This document shows, in pieces, positions 29,103-38,634 of a DNA stretch of 64,000 bases. How positions within the stretch are numbered: position 1 is the stretch's first letter; the number at the start of each line of letters is the position of its first letter. Origin of the DNA: Bacteriovoracia bacterium (GTDB lineage Bacteria; Bdellovibrionota; Bacteriovoracia; Bacteriovoracales; Bacteriovoracaceae); assembly GCA_046570105.1 (NCBI GenBank), contig JBKHVI010000007.1, positions 1 to 64,000 on the forward strand. Reading direction: 5' to 3'. The position numbers were made by a program, and so were the translations under genes. The notes beneath the pieces were generated by a model. It did not search any database. It saw only the letters and a program-made list of their open reading frames with translations, and was not told the DNA's origin.

Positions 29103-29669
29103 TTAAATCAGCGGTTTCTTATTCACGATTGAGGCTTTAGCGATACCTGTTAACACACAATCTTCCAAGGGGACTTGCAACTTTTCTAGCAGATTTGGCA
29201 GAAAGGCCTGCTGCTCCTTGGGAAAGCCCGATAAAACCCAGTCTGAAACACTCCCGTGGACAGGTCGACCGATACCAATTCGCATACGGCCGAAGGCATC
29301 TGTACCTAAACTGGCTGCGATACTTTTAAGTCCGTTGTGACCGGCAAGGCCACCACCCATTTTGAAATGGACTTGGCCAAAAGGAATATCGAGTTCATCA
29401 TGAACAACCAAAATTTCAGATGGTGCAATTTTATAGAATGCAGCCAGTGGTTGAACGGATTCTCCCGAAAGGTTCATAAAAGTTTGAGGTTTTAAAAATG
29501 TGGTTTTATGGCCCTTAACATCGACATCACAAAACTCACCCTTAAACTTAGATTTCCAATTTACTGAACGAGTATATGGAAGAGAATCAAAGAGCAGCCA
29601 GGCGATGTTATGCTTAGTAGTAGCATATTCATTGCCGGGGTTTCCGACTCCTACTACTAAGCGAAACAT
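29103..29669 (-). CDS. pth: Peptidyl-tRNA hydrolase
   Basis: GVGNPG..Y..TKHN, KPQTFMNLSG, HDELD, GHNGLKS, RIGIGRP. Confidence 0.96.
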   Translation of the reverse strand: MFRLVVGVGNPGNEYATTKHNIAWLLFDSLPYTRSVNWKSKFKGEFCDVDVKGHKTTFLKPQTFMNLSGESVQPLAAFYKIAPSEILVVHDELDIPFGQVHFKMGGGLAGHNGLKSIAASLGTDAFGRMRIGIGRPVHGSVSDWVLSGFPKEQQAFLPNLLEKLQVPLEDCVLTGIAKASIVNKKPLI

Positions 29670-30613
29670 TAGATAAAGAGTGATGACACCGAATCGTGGT
29701 TAAACGTTCGGTGGATGGCTTTGGCTAAAATATCAGCGGTCGATAGCACTTTGATTTTAGCAACTTTTCTACCTTCGGCAGAGAGAGGGATAGTATCAGT
29801 CACGATAACTTCTTCTAACTCATTACACTCGGCAATTCGGGTGATTGCAGGGTCACTAAACACAGCATGAGTTGAAGCTGCGTAAACACGATTTGCACCG
29901 TTCTTTTTCAAGGCCTGAGCCGCTTGAACTAAGGTTCCCGCGGTATCAATCATGTCATCGATGATTATACAGTCTTTGCCTTTCACATCACCGACCACGT
30001 TCATGGCTTCAGCAACGTTTGGAGCAGTACGACGTTTATCAATCATGGCGAGTTCAGTCGTAAGTTTCTTGGCGTAGTGACGAACACGCTCAACACCACC
30101 TGCATCAGGAGAAACGCAAACGAGATTATCAGGCGGAATATTTTTGCGAACGTAATCCAAAATTACTGGAGAAGCGAAAATGTTATCGAATGGTATGTTA
30201 AAGAAGCCTTGGATCTGCCCTGCGTGGAGATCCATTGTAATCACACGCGATGTTCCAGCGACGGTCAGCAAATCAGCCACCAGCTTGGCCGTGATAGGTG
30301 TACGAGGTGCACTCTTACGATCTTGGCGCGAGTAGCCATAATGGGGAACAACGGCCGTAATTGAATTAGCTGAAGCTCGCTTCAGCGCATCAACAATAAT
30401 CAAAAGCTCCATCAGTGAGTCATTGACCGGAGAACAGGTCGACTGCAGTACAAAAACATCTGCACCACGAACGTTCTTTTCGATTTCGCAGTATATTTCA
30501 CCGTTAGCAAATTTTCGTATTTGGGGATTAACAAGGGGAACATCAAGAAATTCAGAAATCTTCTTTGAAAGATAAGGGATCGAAGAACCGGATACCAGTA
30601 CAATCCGTCTCAC
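29669..30613 (-). CDS. prs: Ribose-phosphate pyrophosphokinase
   Basis: FANGE, YSRQDRK, MDLHAGQIQGFF, SPDAGG, DDMIDTAGT; true start GTG 30613 with GAGGAG RBS. Confidence 0.96.
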   Translation of the reverse strand: MRRIVLVSGSSIPYLSKKISEFLDVPLVNPQIRKFANGEIYCEIEKNVRGADVFVLQSTCSPVNDSLMELLIIVDALKRASANSITAVVPHYGYSRQDRKSAPRTPITAKLVADLLTVAGTSRVITMDLHAGQIQGFFNIPFDNIFASPVILDYVRKNIPPDNLVCVSPDAGGVERVRHYAKKLTTELAMIDKRRTAPNVAEAMNVVGDVKGKDCIIIDDMIDTAGTLVQAAQALKKNGANRVYAASTHAVFSDPAITRIAECNELEEVIVTDTIPLSAEGRKVAKIKVLSTADILAKAIHRTFNHDSVSSLFI

Positions 30614-30647
30614 GCTGAACTCCTCTTGAATCTTGGACAATGAAAAG

Positions 30648-30722
30648 TGGTAGGGGTGGCAGGGATCGAACCTGCGTATGGCAGAATCAAAATCTGCTGA
30701 CTTACCACTTGTCGACACCCCT
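30648..30722 (-). tRNA. tRNA-Gln(UUG)
   Basis: AGGGGTG acceptor stem pairing with CACCCCT, D-loop TGGTAA, anticodon arm GCAGA-TT-TTG-AT-TCTGC, GGTTCGATCC T-loop, encoded CCA; canonical position upstream of prs. Confidence 0.95.
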
Positions 30723-30748
30723 ACAGAGGCCAAAAAAATTGTGATTCG

Positions 30749-30778
30749 AATGTAACTTAGGGCCAAGGATAATGGCAA
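30749..30778 (-). promoter_or_regulatory. sigma70-like promoter for tRNA-Gln-prs-pth-ychF
   Basis: TTGCCA-N18-TACATT. Confidence 0.45.
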
Positions 30779-30895
30779 GAAAGAACCCATAAAATGCCTC
30801 GTACTTGCCCTCAATCTTTGGGGGCTTTTTTTGGACAGACTGACAGCCTTTGCTCTATCGTGTTTTTCAGTGTTTCTGTAATTCAAGGAGTTTTT

Positions 30896-32350
30896 GTGCG
30901 CTCGACCAAATTTGTTCTGGCAGTGGCCCTGCTCGTGTTGACGTCTTCCGCCATGGCGCTCCCTATTGATTGGGGCGGTTCATTGGGCCTAGATACCACT
31001 TTAATCGACAATATTCGTCGCTCTAAAGACGATGTTCCCACTGCAAAAAATGACGGTACTCAAGGAATTGTCGACAACGATAATGGCGCCCACTTTCAAA
31101 CTTACGTTTTCAAATTAAATCCACACCTCATCGTAAATGATGCTGTTTCAATTAAAGGTGAATTATCGAGTGGTCACACACGCGGTGGGTTTTGGGGTGA
31201 CAACGCCACTCAGACTCAAGATCAAAATACCGGCAGCAACTCCTACTACAGTACAGTTCCTGCACAACGAAGCACTCTTAATGTTAATCAGCTTTACGCA
31301 GAACTCTATGCTGACACTGCTTTAGTTAAAGCAGGTCGTTACGCCAAGGAATATGGCCGCGGAGCTATTCTTCACGCAGGGAAAGGGACATTTGATCGCT
31401 TCTTCACTCAGTACGACGGTATTCAAGGTGAAATGCGAATTGGTAACTTTGCCCTTATTCCACACTGGGCACGTTTGGCGACTTATGATGAGGGCGCGAG
31501 TAAGCCAGAAGCTAACGGTACTCGCGATGTTCGTGAGTCAGGTCTAGTCGCAAGTTATGACAACAAGAGTACTAACACTGAATTTTCTCTCGCTTATACA
31601 AAGCGTTTTTCTGAACCAAATAACGATCTTTACGACATCAATAACCCCGCCACTAATCGCGGAAGAACAAATGTTACCTTGATCGATGTGTATTTCCATA
31701 AGAAGTGGGAAAAAGTTGATCTCTCAGTAGAAGTTCCCATGATGTCTGGAGATTACGGCCGGGTTTATAACGATGGTACAAAATCTAAAGTCTCATCATC
31801 GTCGGCCTTAGCAGAAGTGATCTGGAGCCCGAGCGTTCGTTGGGACTTTGGTCTTCATGCCGGTCAAGTCGGAGGCGACAAAGGTAGCTCACAACGCTTT
31901 GAAGGCATGCAGCTAAACCCAAACTATCATATTGCTGAATTGATGTTCCGTTATAACTACACAGCTTTCAATGAAGGCAATCAAAGTATCTTTGATAGCG
32001 GAATTAGTAATGCTCGCTTCTTCAAGCTTTACTCAAATTACAAAAACGATAAGTGGACCTGGAGCGCGGCCGCGATCATGGCAACTGCTATGGAAACAGC
32101 AAAAGCCGGTCAGCGTTCTTACCATCACGAAGAAGGTTACTCATTTGATTCAACTGCGGATCAAGACGATGATTACGGTATGGAGCTCGACCTGGGCTTT
32201 GCTTATCAATGGAATCCAAACGTAAATGTCTCAGGCTTTTTAGGATATTGGCTCGTAGGTGATTACTACGCCTTTAATAACGATGCCGATGACGAATTAA
32301 AAGTTGAGAACGTGCTCGGTGCGGGTCTTAAACTTGGAATCGACTTCTAA
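30896..32350 (+). CDS. Large outer-membrane beta-barrel (alginate-export/porin-like)
   Basis: AAGGAG RBS before GTG 30896; signal AMA; many amphipathic strands; DYGMELDLGFAYQW; terminal LGIDF. Confidence 0.75.
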   Translation: MRSTKFVLAVALLVLTSSAMALPIDWGGSLGLDTTLIDNIRRSKDDVPTAKNDGTQGIVDNDNGAHFQTYVFKLNPHLIVNDAVSIKGELSSGHTRGGFWGDNATQTQDQNTGSNSYYSTVPAQRSTLNVNQLYAELYADTALVKAGRYAKEYGRGAILHAGKGTFDRFFTQYDGIQGEMRIGNFALIPHWARLATYDEGASKPEANGTRDVRESGLVASYDNKSTNTEFSLAYTKRFSEPNNDLYDINNPATNRGRTNVTLIDVYFHKKWEKVDLSVEVPMMSGDYGRVYNDGTKSKVSSSSALAEVIWSPSVRWDFGLHAGQVGGDKGSSQRFEGMQLNPNYHIAELMFRYNYTAFNEGNQSIFDSGISNARFFKLYSNYKNDKWTWSAAAIMATAMETAKAGQRSYHHEEGYSFDSTADQDDDYGMELDLGFAYQWNPNVNVSGFLGYWLVGDYYAFNNDADDELKVENVLGAGLKLGIDF

Positions 32351-32380
32351 AAAAAAAGCCTCCGCAAGGAGGCTTTTTTT
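32351..32380. terminator. Bidirectional intrinsic terminator
   Basis: AAAAAAAGCCTCC-gcaa-GGAGGCTTTTTTT. Confidence 0.92.
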
Positions 32381-32383
32381 GTT

Positions 32384-34636
32384 TTAGCGCCAGTAATTCA
32401 TCCCAGCACCCATGTTATATGACATCGGTGACTGCGCCATCCAGGGTTGCACGCCCATCTGTGCGCCCCAACCTGCTTGAGCCCCCCAGCCAACTTGCGG
32501 CTGTTGACCCCAACCCATTTGTTGTTGCTGACCCCAACCACCTTGCTGTTGTTGGCCCCAAGCATATGGGTTTTGTTGCTGGCCCCACATGTTGTTGGTT
32601 GGTTGTTGGCCCATGGCCCCGTTAAAGTTAAAAGTATAACCCTGGCCACCATTCTGGAATCCATAACCCATCGGCTGTTGCATTTGAGACATGTATGGAT
32701 TGTAGTTTTGGAACTGCTGCTGGCCCCATGGTGCACCCACCATCTGGTTTTGGAATTGGCCAGAGTACTGCTGTTGTTGCATTTGTGGATTGTATTGCAT
32801 ACCCGGCATCTGTTGCTGCTGAGTAGGAAGCTGCTGCTGAGCTTGTGGATTGTTGAATTGAAATTGATACATCGCCTGTTCTTCACCTTCGCGATTTACG
32901 CGTGGGGCTTCAACACTTGGACTGCGAGATGTTTCTTCTTCTGGTTTGGCTTCAGGCTTTTCTTCTTCACCATTTTGAGCAGCAATATAACGTGAACCTT
33001 GGCGTTCCCATTCGCGGTATTGATTTGCTTTCACTTCAAGGTCATTGGCAATTTTTGCATCCGACTCGTTATAGCGCTCAAGCATGGTGCGCAACTCTTG
33101 AATACGTTGCATTGAATCCTGCACACAGCGTTGAGTGTTGCGGAAGTATTTATAACAATAGCCATTAGGTTGTGTAATACGGCCTACTTCCTCATTAATC
33201 TCTAGCTGGAAATTTCCTGTGCGAATTTGAATATTTTTTCTGTGTTGAGAAGCAAGTCCATAGTAATGCTCTGACTTTCCAAGTACGCGGCCAGTTTGAA
33301 CATCAAACTGATCACGACGGCCGACCAAGAGTCGTTGGAAGTCTTGCTTGCCAGCAGAAATACGCTGACGAGCAGTACGAGGATTGATTCGAACCCCATT
33401 CTCTTCTGCACCTAATCGGCCATAGTTCTGAGCCGTGAGATGAATTGTGTTCACCTGTGCGGCTTCATCAAAGAGACCTTTAGCTAGAAGTTTATCAATC
33501 TCTTTGTCAGAGACATAAGGTGAAGACTTATACGAAGCCAATTGCTTCATCAGATCTTTGAGCTCTTCTTCTTTAAGGCGGCGTTCTTGTCCGTTAGGTA
33601 AACCGCCAATTTTTTCATAAAGGTCAGAGATACGAGTCGTCAGAGGATCAACGATATATCGCTGAAAGTCTGCTACTACTGAATAGTCGAGCGTCTCTAG
33701 TTTTTCGCCTTTGCGAATTTTTTCGGCAATATCTTTATAATCTTTGATAATCAACTCATCACGAATAGCACCAAGTGTTGCAGAGTACTGGCCGTAACGC
33801 TCTAAGAAGTCCGCGATATGGCGATAGTTGCCACTGTCACAAATAAGTTGGGCCTGCTCATCTAAGCGCATTCTTTCTGCATCTTCACTTGAATAAACGG
33901 CATATCCACCTTGGCGAATATCTTCCATATAGTAACAATCTTTTTCGGATTGTTTTTTATAAAGAGCACTGGCCATTGGAAGATGTGAGCCGAACCAAAC
34001 GTTGCCCGTGCTTTCAACACCATCAAATGAAAAATCTAAATCACGAATGACCATTTTAGAGGCCTGGATCGCTCCCTTGTCATCTACTACACCAGTTTCT
34101 TTTAAACATTGCTGAAAGCCAGCAAAGTCGGGCTTCACTTTTATCGATTTCTCAACCTGCTCTTTAGCATCATTCACTTCCATGACTTTATAGTCACAAG
34201 TTTCTGCGCCACAGGTTTTAATCTTCAATTCAACAACGTAGTTTGGAAAATCTGTTGTAGGAGTTCTTAGTCCCCACTCAAGCATGCCATTACAGTTAGA
34301 AAGGAAATCACCGCCACGCACGTTAAGCCGGCTTTGAGCTGTGTCATGAGACAATTGAAGTGATGCGCCCTTGGTTCGCAACATCGCTGCAACATATTTA
34401 AGCGGCAATGTGGTTTGACCTGAGCTCGGACAGTTCAGCGAAGATGCACTCGAGGTCACACTCGGAACTACTGGTGTCGTTGCTTGTGTCGGTGTTCCCT
34501 GCCCCCCACTACTACTGTTGACTCTGGAGCCAGCAGCATCTGTTTGAGAAGAGAGAAGTCCTTGTAGTAAATCGTTGGCGTGCACAGGCGCAGCAAGTGC
34601 AAGAGCAACAACAAGGGAACATAATGAATATTTCAT
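32384..34636 (-). CDS. Secreted hypothetical protein with a C-terminal Q/G/N/W-rich low-complexity tail
   Basis: Signal peptide ending VHA, Cys-containing N-terminal domain, helical middle, ~160-aa charge-free tail with WG(Q/A)Q repeats; ATG 34636. Confidence 0.8.
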   Translation of the reverse strand: MKYSLCSLVVALALAAPVHANDLLQGLLSSQTDAAGSRVNSSSGGQGTPTQATTPVVPSVTSSASSLNCPSSGQTTLPLKYVAAMLRTKGASLQLSHDTAQSRLNVRGGDFLSNCNGMLEWGLRTPTTDFPNYVVELKIKTCGAETCDYKVMEVNDAKEQVEKSIKVKPDFAGFQQCLKETGVVDDKGAIQASKMVIRDLDFSFDGVESTGNVWFGSHLPMASALYKKQSEKDCYYMEDIRQGGYAVYSSEDAERMRLDEQAQLICDSGNYRHIADFLERYGQYSATLGAIRDELIIKDYKDIAEKIRKGEKLETLDYSVVADFQRYIVDPLTTRISDLYEKIGGLPNGQERRLKEEELKDLMKQLASYKSSPYVSDKEIDKLLAKGLFDEAAQVNTIHLTAQNYGRLGAEENGVRINPRTARQRISAGKQDFQRLLVGRRDQFDVQTGRVLGKSEHYYGLASQHRKNIQIRTGNFQLEINEEVGRITQPNGYCYKYFRNTQRCVQDSMQRIQELRTMLERYNESDAKIANDLEVKANQYREWERQGSRYIAAQNGEEEKPEAKPEEETSRSPSVEAPRVNREGEEQAMYQFQFNNPQAQQQLPTQQQQMPGMQYNPQMQQQQYSGQFQNQMVGAPWGQQQFQNYNPYMSQMQQPMGYGFQNGGQGYTFNFNGAMGQQPTNNMWGQQQNPYAWGQQQQGGWGQQQQMGWGQQPQVGWGAQAGWGAQMGVQPWMAQSPMSYNMGAGMNYWR

Positions 34637-34675
34637 AAGCAAACCTCTGGTCAGACCTTAAGTCATCTCGTTGCC

Positions 34676-34703
34676 TATTCGGTTGAAATTGGGGTTATCT
34701 TGA
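34676..34703 (-). promoter_or_regulatory. sigma28/FliA-like promoter
   Basis: TCAAG-N16-CCGAATA on the minus strand. Confidence 0.65.
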
Positions 34704-34710
34704 GAAAAAC

Positions 34711-36708
34711 TCAGGAAAGATGTTGAGGATCGACGTCAACTTTGAGTGAAACACCTGAAATTGCTGACCAATTTAGTTGAAAAGACTTCAACATATTATG
34801 TAACTGATTGATGTCCTGAGACTTTAATAACACTGTCCAGGTAAACTGATTGGCCCTCTTTTCAATAAGCGCGGGTCTCGGCCCCAGAATTTGAACTTTC
34901 GAAAAATGCTGCTGCCAAAGTCCACGCAACATTGGTTCCACTGTTTCAGACATATGAACAATCAATTTGGATTGATCACGACCACTAAAATAAAGGGCCG
35001 CCAACCGAAAGTGCGGAGGGCACTCGCACATTTTGCGTATGTTACTTTCAGGTTGATAGAACCCATCAAAAGATTGCGCTTGAATCAGCTCAAAAAGCGA
35101 TGATTCTGGATTGGCTGTCTGAATATAAACTTTCCCATCATGTGAATAACGGCCCGCTCGACCAGCAACCTGTACAACTGTCTGCCAAATTTTTTCACTC
35201 GCTCTAAAATCCGGCATATTGAGCTGATTATCCACTCCAAGAATAATAACTTTTTTGACCCGTTTAAAGTTATGTCCTTTTGATAGCATCTGAGTCCCAA
35301 CAAGAATATCGATGTCGCCTGAGTGAAAACGCGACAACTTGTCCTGCAATTCTTTAAACGTTTTAATTTCGTCACGATCAAATCTTTCAATTTTTGCTTC
35401 TGGCAAAACTCTTTTTAATTCTTCTTGAACTCGTTCAGTACCAAATCCTTTTTGTAACAATGTGAGATTTCCACACTTTGGGCAACCTTGGGGCATAGGT
35501 TCATGATAATCACAATGCTGACAACTCAAGATGTTTTTTTGTTTAAAAAATCTCATGGTTACTGAACAGTTTTTACAATGAAATTGATGGCCACAAGCAC
35601 GACACTGCACATAGTTGGCAAACCCTAAGCGATTGATAAAAACCAGGGCCTGCTCATTATTTTTTAAGGCCTCTTTAAGGGCCTTAATTGAATCCTCATG
35701 CAACGGCCAAGTGTTTTCTGCTGGGTCTACGTTTTTATTTTTTATTTTTGTATCGATGAGCACAATCTCAGGCAGCGAGGCATCGGTCACACGTTCGCGT
35801 AATGGATAATAAAACGTCAAAGGAATGCCAGATGTAAAATGCTGCCAGATTTCCAGTGCAGGTGTTGCTGAACCAAGCACCACAGGACAATTTGAAATCT
35901 GGGCCTTCTTGATTGCAACATCACGAGCGTTGTAAGAACAGCGATCATCTTGCTTAAACGATCCATCATGTTCTTCATCAACAACGATGAGTCCCAACTT
36001 TTGGATCGGAAGAAAAACAGCACTGCGGACACCAATATACAAACATGGTGTTTTCGCCTCAGAGGCTTCTTTCCAAATAAGAAATTTTTCTGAAGCAGTA
36101 ACTTCACTGTGAAACGTATAAACCGGAACATTCACATGCTGACTAAAAGTTTCGACAAATTGCGGTGTAAGATTAATTTCCGGCAAAAGGTAGAGTGCAC
36201 TCTTGTCTCCCTCAAGCACTGAACGAATGAGTTCAAGAAAAATGAGAGTTTTACCCGAACCCGTTACCCCGTGGATGAGATGTTTTGAAAAACTATTTCC
36301 ATGAGACTTTATAGAATCAATAACCGAATTTTGCGCTGTCGTTGGAGAAAATCCTGGATCAATTCCCGCACCTTGAATTGGCTTTAAAGGACGAGGTCTT
36401 TTTTTAGTTGCCGGCAAACTGTCTGCAATTAATTGGCCCAAGCCGTAATGATAGTAATCTGACATCCACTGAAAAAGCTTGAGATCATCTGTCGAAAGCT
36501 GGGGATAGTCATCTCGCTTGGTCTGTACATCTTTAGCGACAACACCCTCAGGAGCTGCGACATCAACCTCTAGCACGCAACCAATTTCTTTTCTTCTTCC
36601 CAATGGAACATCGACCATATCGCCAATATGGAGTTCCATCCCGGCCGGCACCTGATAGGTCAAGCCTTGATTCTTAACTGGATAATTAACAGCAACTCGA
36701 CAATACAT
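34711..36708 (-). CDS. priA: Primosomal protein N' (replication restart helicase)
   Basis: GVTGSGKT, PEINLTPQ, DEEHD, GSATP, four CxxC pairs, GTQMLSKG, QVAGRAGR, DVDP. Confidence 0.95.
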   Translation of the reverse strand: MYCRVAVNYPVKNQGLTYQVPAGMELHIGDMVDVPLGRRKEIGCVLEVDVAAPEGVVAKDVQTKRDDYPQLSTDDLKLFQWMSDYYHYGLGQLIADSLPATKKRPRPLKPIQGAGIDPGFSPTTAQNSVIDSIKSHGNSFSKHLIHGVTGSGKTLIFLELIRSVLEGDKSALYLLPEINLTPQFVETFSQHVNVPVYTFHSEVTASEKFLIWKEASEAKTPCLYIGVRSAVFLPIQKLGLIVVDEEHDGSFKQDDRCSYNARDVAIKKAQISNCPVVLGSATPALEIWQHFTSGIPLTFYYPLRERVTDASLPEIVLIDTKIKNKNVDPAENTWPLHEDSIKALKEALKNNEQALVFINRLGFANYVQCRACGHQFHCKNCSVTMRFFKQKNILSCQHCDYHEPMPQGCPKCGNLTLLQKGFGTERVQEELKRVLPEAKIERFDRDEIKTFKELQDKLSRFHSGDIDILVGTQMLSKGHNFKRVKKVIILGVDNQLNMPDFRASEKIWQTVVQVAGRAGRYSHDGKVYIQTANPESSLFELIQAQSFDGFYQPESNIRKMCECPPHFRLAALYFSGRDQSKLIVHMSETVEPMLRGLWQQHFSKVQILGPRPALIEKRANQFTWTVLLKSQDINQLHNMLKSFQLNWSAISGVSLKVDVDPQHLS

Positions 36709-37673
36709 CAGAGCATAAATGCTGGGCGGGCCATCACTTCCTGTTTCTGCTGTAGGATTTGATCATAACGACGAAGGCGTGCAACGAGATCATTCATTGT
36801 CTCATTGAATTGCTTAACACCTAAAATTTCTACCTGCCAATATTGATCCTGCTGACCTTTCACAAGTATGTTTCGAGGCATGGCATTTGTTCCACTGAAG
36901 AAGATAAAGTCCCGTAACTGAATATCTGTTTCAGAAGCACCATTCTTAAGTGTCAGTTGGCGCAACTCTCTTTTTTCATCATTCACCCATGCTTCAAATC
37001 CATCGGCCTTAACTTGCCAAGCTGGCTCACCTTGATGACGTGCCAATGTTACTTGTTTCGTATCTAGATACATTGAAGATGCCATGACTGCATCAACCCT
37101 TTCCTTCTCTGTGACACTATTCGGAGCAATCGGCGATTCATCAACCGCCCCACGACCACCTTTATTTTTTATCAACCATGCACGGTATCTTTGCATGAGA
37201 TTTTTCTTATCATTATTGATTAACTCCTGATTAAGCTTCACATCGATACCCCTGGTGCGCAAAAACTCCACCATGAACGATCCATCGTTAATCAAAAGAG
37301 AGTTCAACATTGAGATAAAAAGGCCCTTCTCGGTATTAAGAGCTGAAGAACCAAAGTACTGCGGAGTCAGATCAGCTATATATGTTTTGTTAACAAGCGA
37401 GGCTTCAGTCATCGAGGGGGCACGATAGATGAGCTGAGTAAGCTTTAGTTTGTTCTGTGGGGTTATATTATAGACCCACTTAACCCAGAAACTTTCAGCT
37501 TTTTCATCTACTAACCTTTCATCATACGGATTATACAGAGACACTTTGCCAGATAATAAAATGGCGTTAGCTGTTACATCAGGATTTCCACCATGGCGAA
37601 AAAGTGATTCAACTGTGGGGACATAAGCAAACGCAGGAAAACTTAAAACCAATAGAAGAATAAGTTTTTTCAC
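36708..37673 (-). CDS. Hypothetical exported protein
   Basis: Signal peptide AFA; translationally coupled between galU and priA. Confidence 0.7.
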   Translation of the reverse strand: MKKLILLLVLSFPAFAYVPTVESLFRHGGNPDVTANAILLSGKVSLYNPYDERLVDEKAESFWVKWVYNITPQNKLKLTQLIYRAPSMTEASLVNKTYIADLTPQYFGSSALNTEKGLFISMLNSLLINDGSFMVEFLRTRGIDVKLNQELINNDKKNLMQRYRAWLIKNKGGRGAVDESPIAPNSVTEKERVDAVMASSMYLDTKQVTLARHQGEPAWQVKADGFEAWVNDEKRELRQLTLKNGASETDIQLRDFIFFSGTNAMPRNILVKGQQDQYWQVEILGVKQFNETMNDLVARLRRYDQILQQKQEVMARPAFML

Positions 37674-38560
37674 AATTTAACTCCATGTCTTTTGAGGCGA
37701 TCCTGAATGATGGTTTTAAAAGAATCCTTGAGTGCCGGATCTCTAAGTGCAAAATCTACAGTGGCCTCTAGATAACCCAACAGATGACCCGTATCAAATC
37801 TCTCACCTTCAAACATATGTGCATAGACTTCACGCCGTGAACACAAAACATTTATCGCGTCTGTTAATTGATATTCGTTACCGGCTCCGCGAGGAATCTC
37901 TTTTAAAATGGCAAAGATATCTGACGATAAAATATAGCGTCCAGGAGTGGCCAATCTTGATGGTGCAACCTCTGGCTTAGGCTTTTCAACCATCCCCTGC
38001 ATACGCAATGTGCGCGGATCACCCGAAACCTCGGTGCCTTTTATAATTCCGTAGCGGCTGGTTTGCTCAATGGGTACTTCCATTGCTCCAATAACAGGCG
38101 AATCTCCATATTTTTTAGCAGCATTGAGTAGCTGACGTGTACAAGGGATGTCGCTCACAACAATATCGTCACCCAACAAAACCGCGAACGTTTCTTTGCC
38201 CACAAGTTCCTCGGCCATCAAAACAGCGTGACCTAAACCGAGTTGCTCTTTCTGGCGCACACTGGTCACATCTACCATCGTGCCAATTTTTCGGATCATT
38301 TCTAATTCTGCATGCTTTCCGGTTTTTTCCAAAAAAGCTTCTAACTCTTGGTTGCGATCAAAGTAATCCTCAACTGCGAATTTTCCCGCAGAGGTAACAA
38401 ATATAATTTGTTCGATGCCAGACTCTACCGCCTCAACTACAATGTGATGAATCATTGGGATGTTGAGAATTGGAATGATTTCTTTCGCAATTTGTTTAGT
38501 TGCAGGCAGGAATCTTGTCCCTTTTCCAGCTATTGGAATGACTGCTTTCTTGATTTTCAT
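37670..38560 (-). CDS. galU: UTP--glucose-1-phosphate uridylyltransferase
   Basis: AVIPIAGKGTRFLPATK..KE, RQKEQLGLGHAV, LGDD, VEKP, GRY, EYQLTDA. Confidence 0.95.
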   Translation of the reverse strand: MKIKKAVIPIAGKGTRFLPATKQIAKEIIPILNIPMIHHIVVEAVESGIEQIIFVTSAGKFAVEDYFDRNQELEAFLEKTGKHAELEMIRKIGTMVDVTSVRQKEQLGLGHAVLMAEELVGKETFAVLLGDDIVVSDIPCTRQLLNAAKKYGDSPVIGAMEVPIEQTSRYGIIKGTEVSGDPRTLRMQGMVEKPKPEVAPSRLATPGRYILSSDIFAILKEIPRGAGNEYQLTDAINVLCSRREVYAHMFEGERFDTGHLLGYLEATVDFALRDPALKDSFKTIIQDRLKRHGVKL

Positions 38561-38634
38561 GAAAGTCCTTGAGTTCTGCTCTCATATTGGTTTAGCTTGA
38601 AAGTGAGCATAGCATAATATCATAGGTTTCCATC

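Noticed and set aside
30614..30886. 91-aa N-terminal extension of prs in the ORF track
   Set aside because: It reads through the tRNA-Gln gene and its promoter; a strong RBS precedes GTG 30613
32455..32590. Repetitive DNA as a possible CRISPR array or VNTR, and WG repeats as Argonaute hooks
   Set aside because: The repeats are imperfect and codon-level with no spacers and no cas genes; the protein is exported, so an AGO-hook role is implausible
32398..32995. Alternative-frame and antisense ORFs (162, 68, 182 aa) over the Q-rich tail
   Set aside because: By-products of low-complexity CAA/CAG codons lacking stops; no RBS or recognisable motifs
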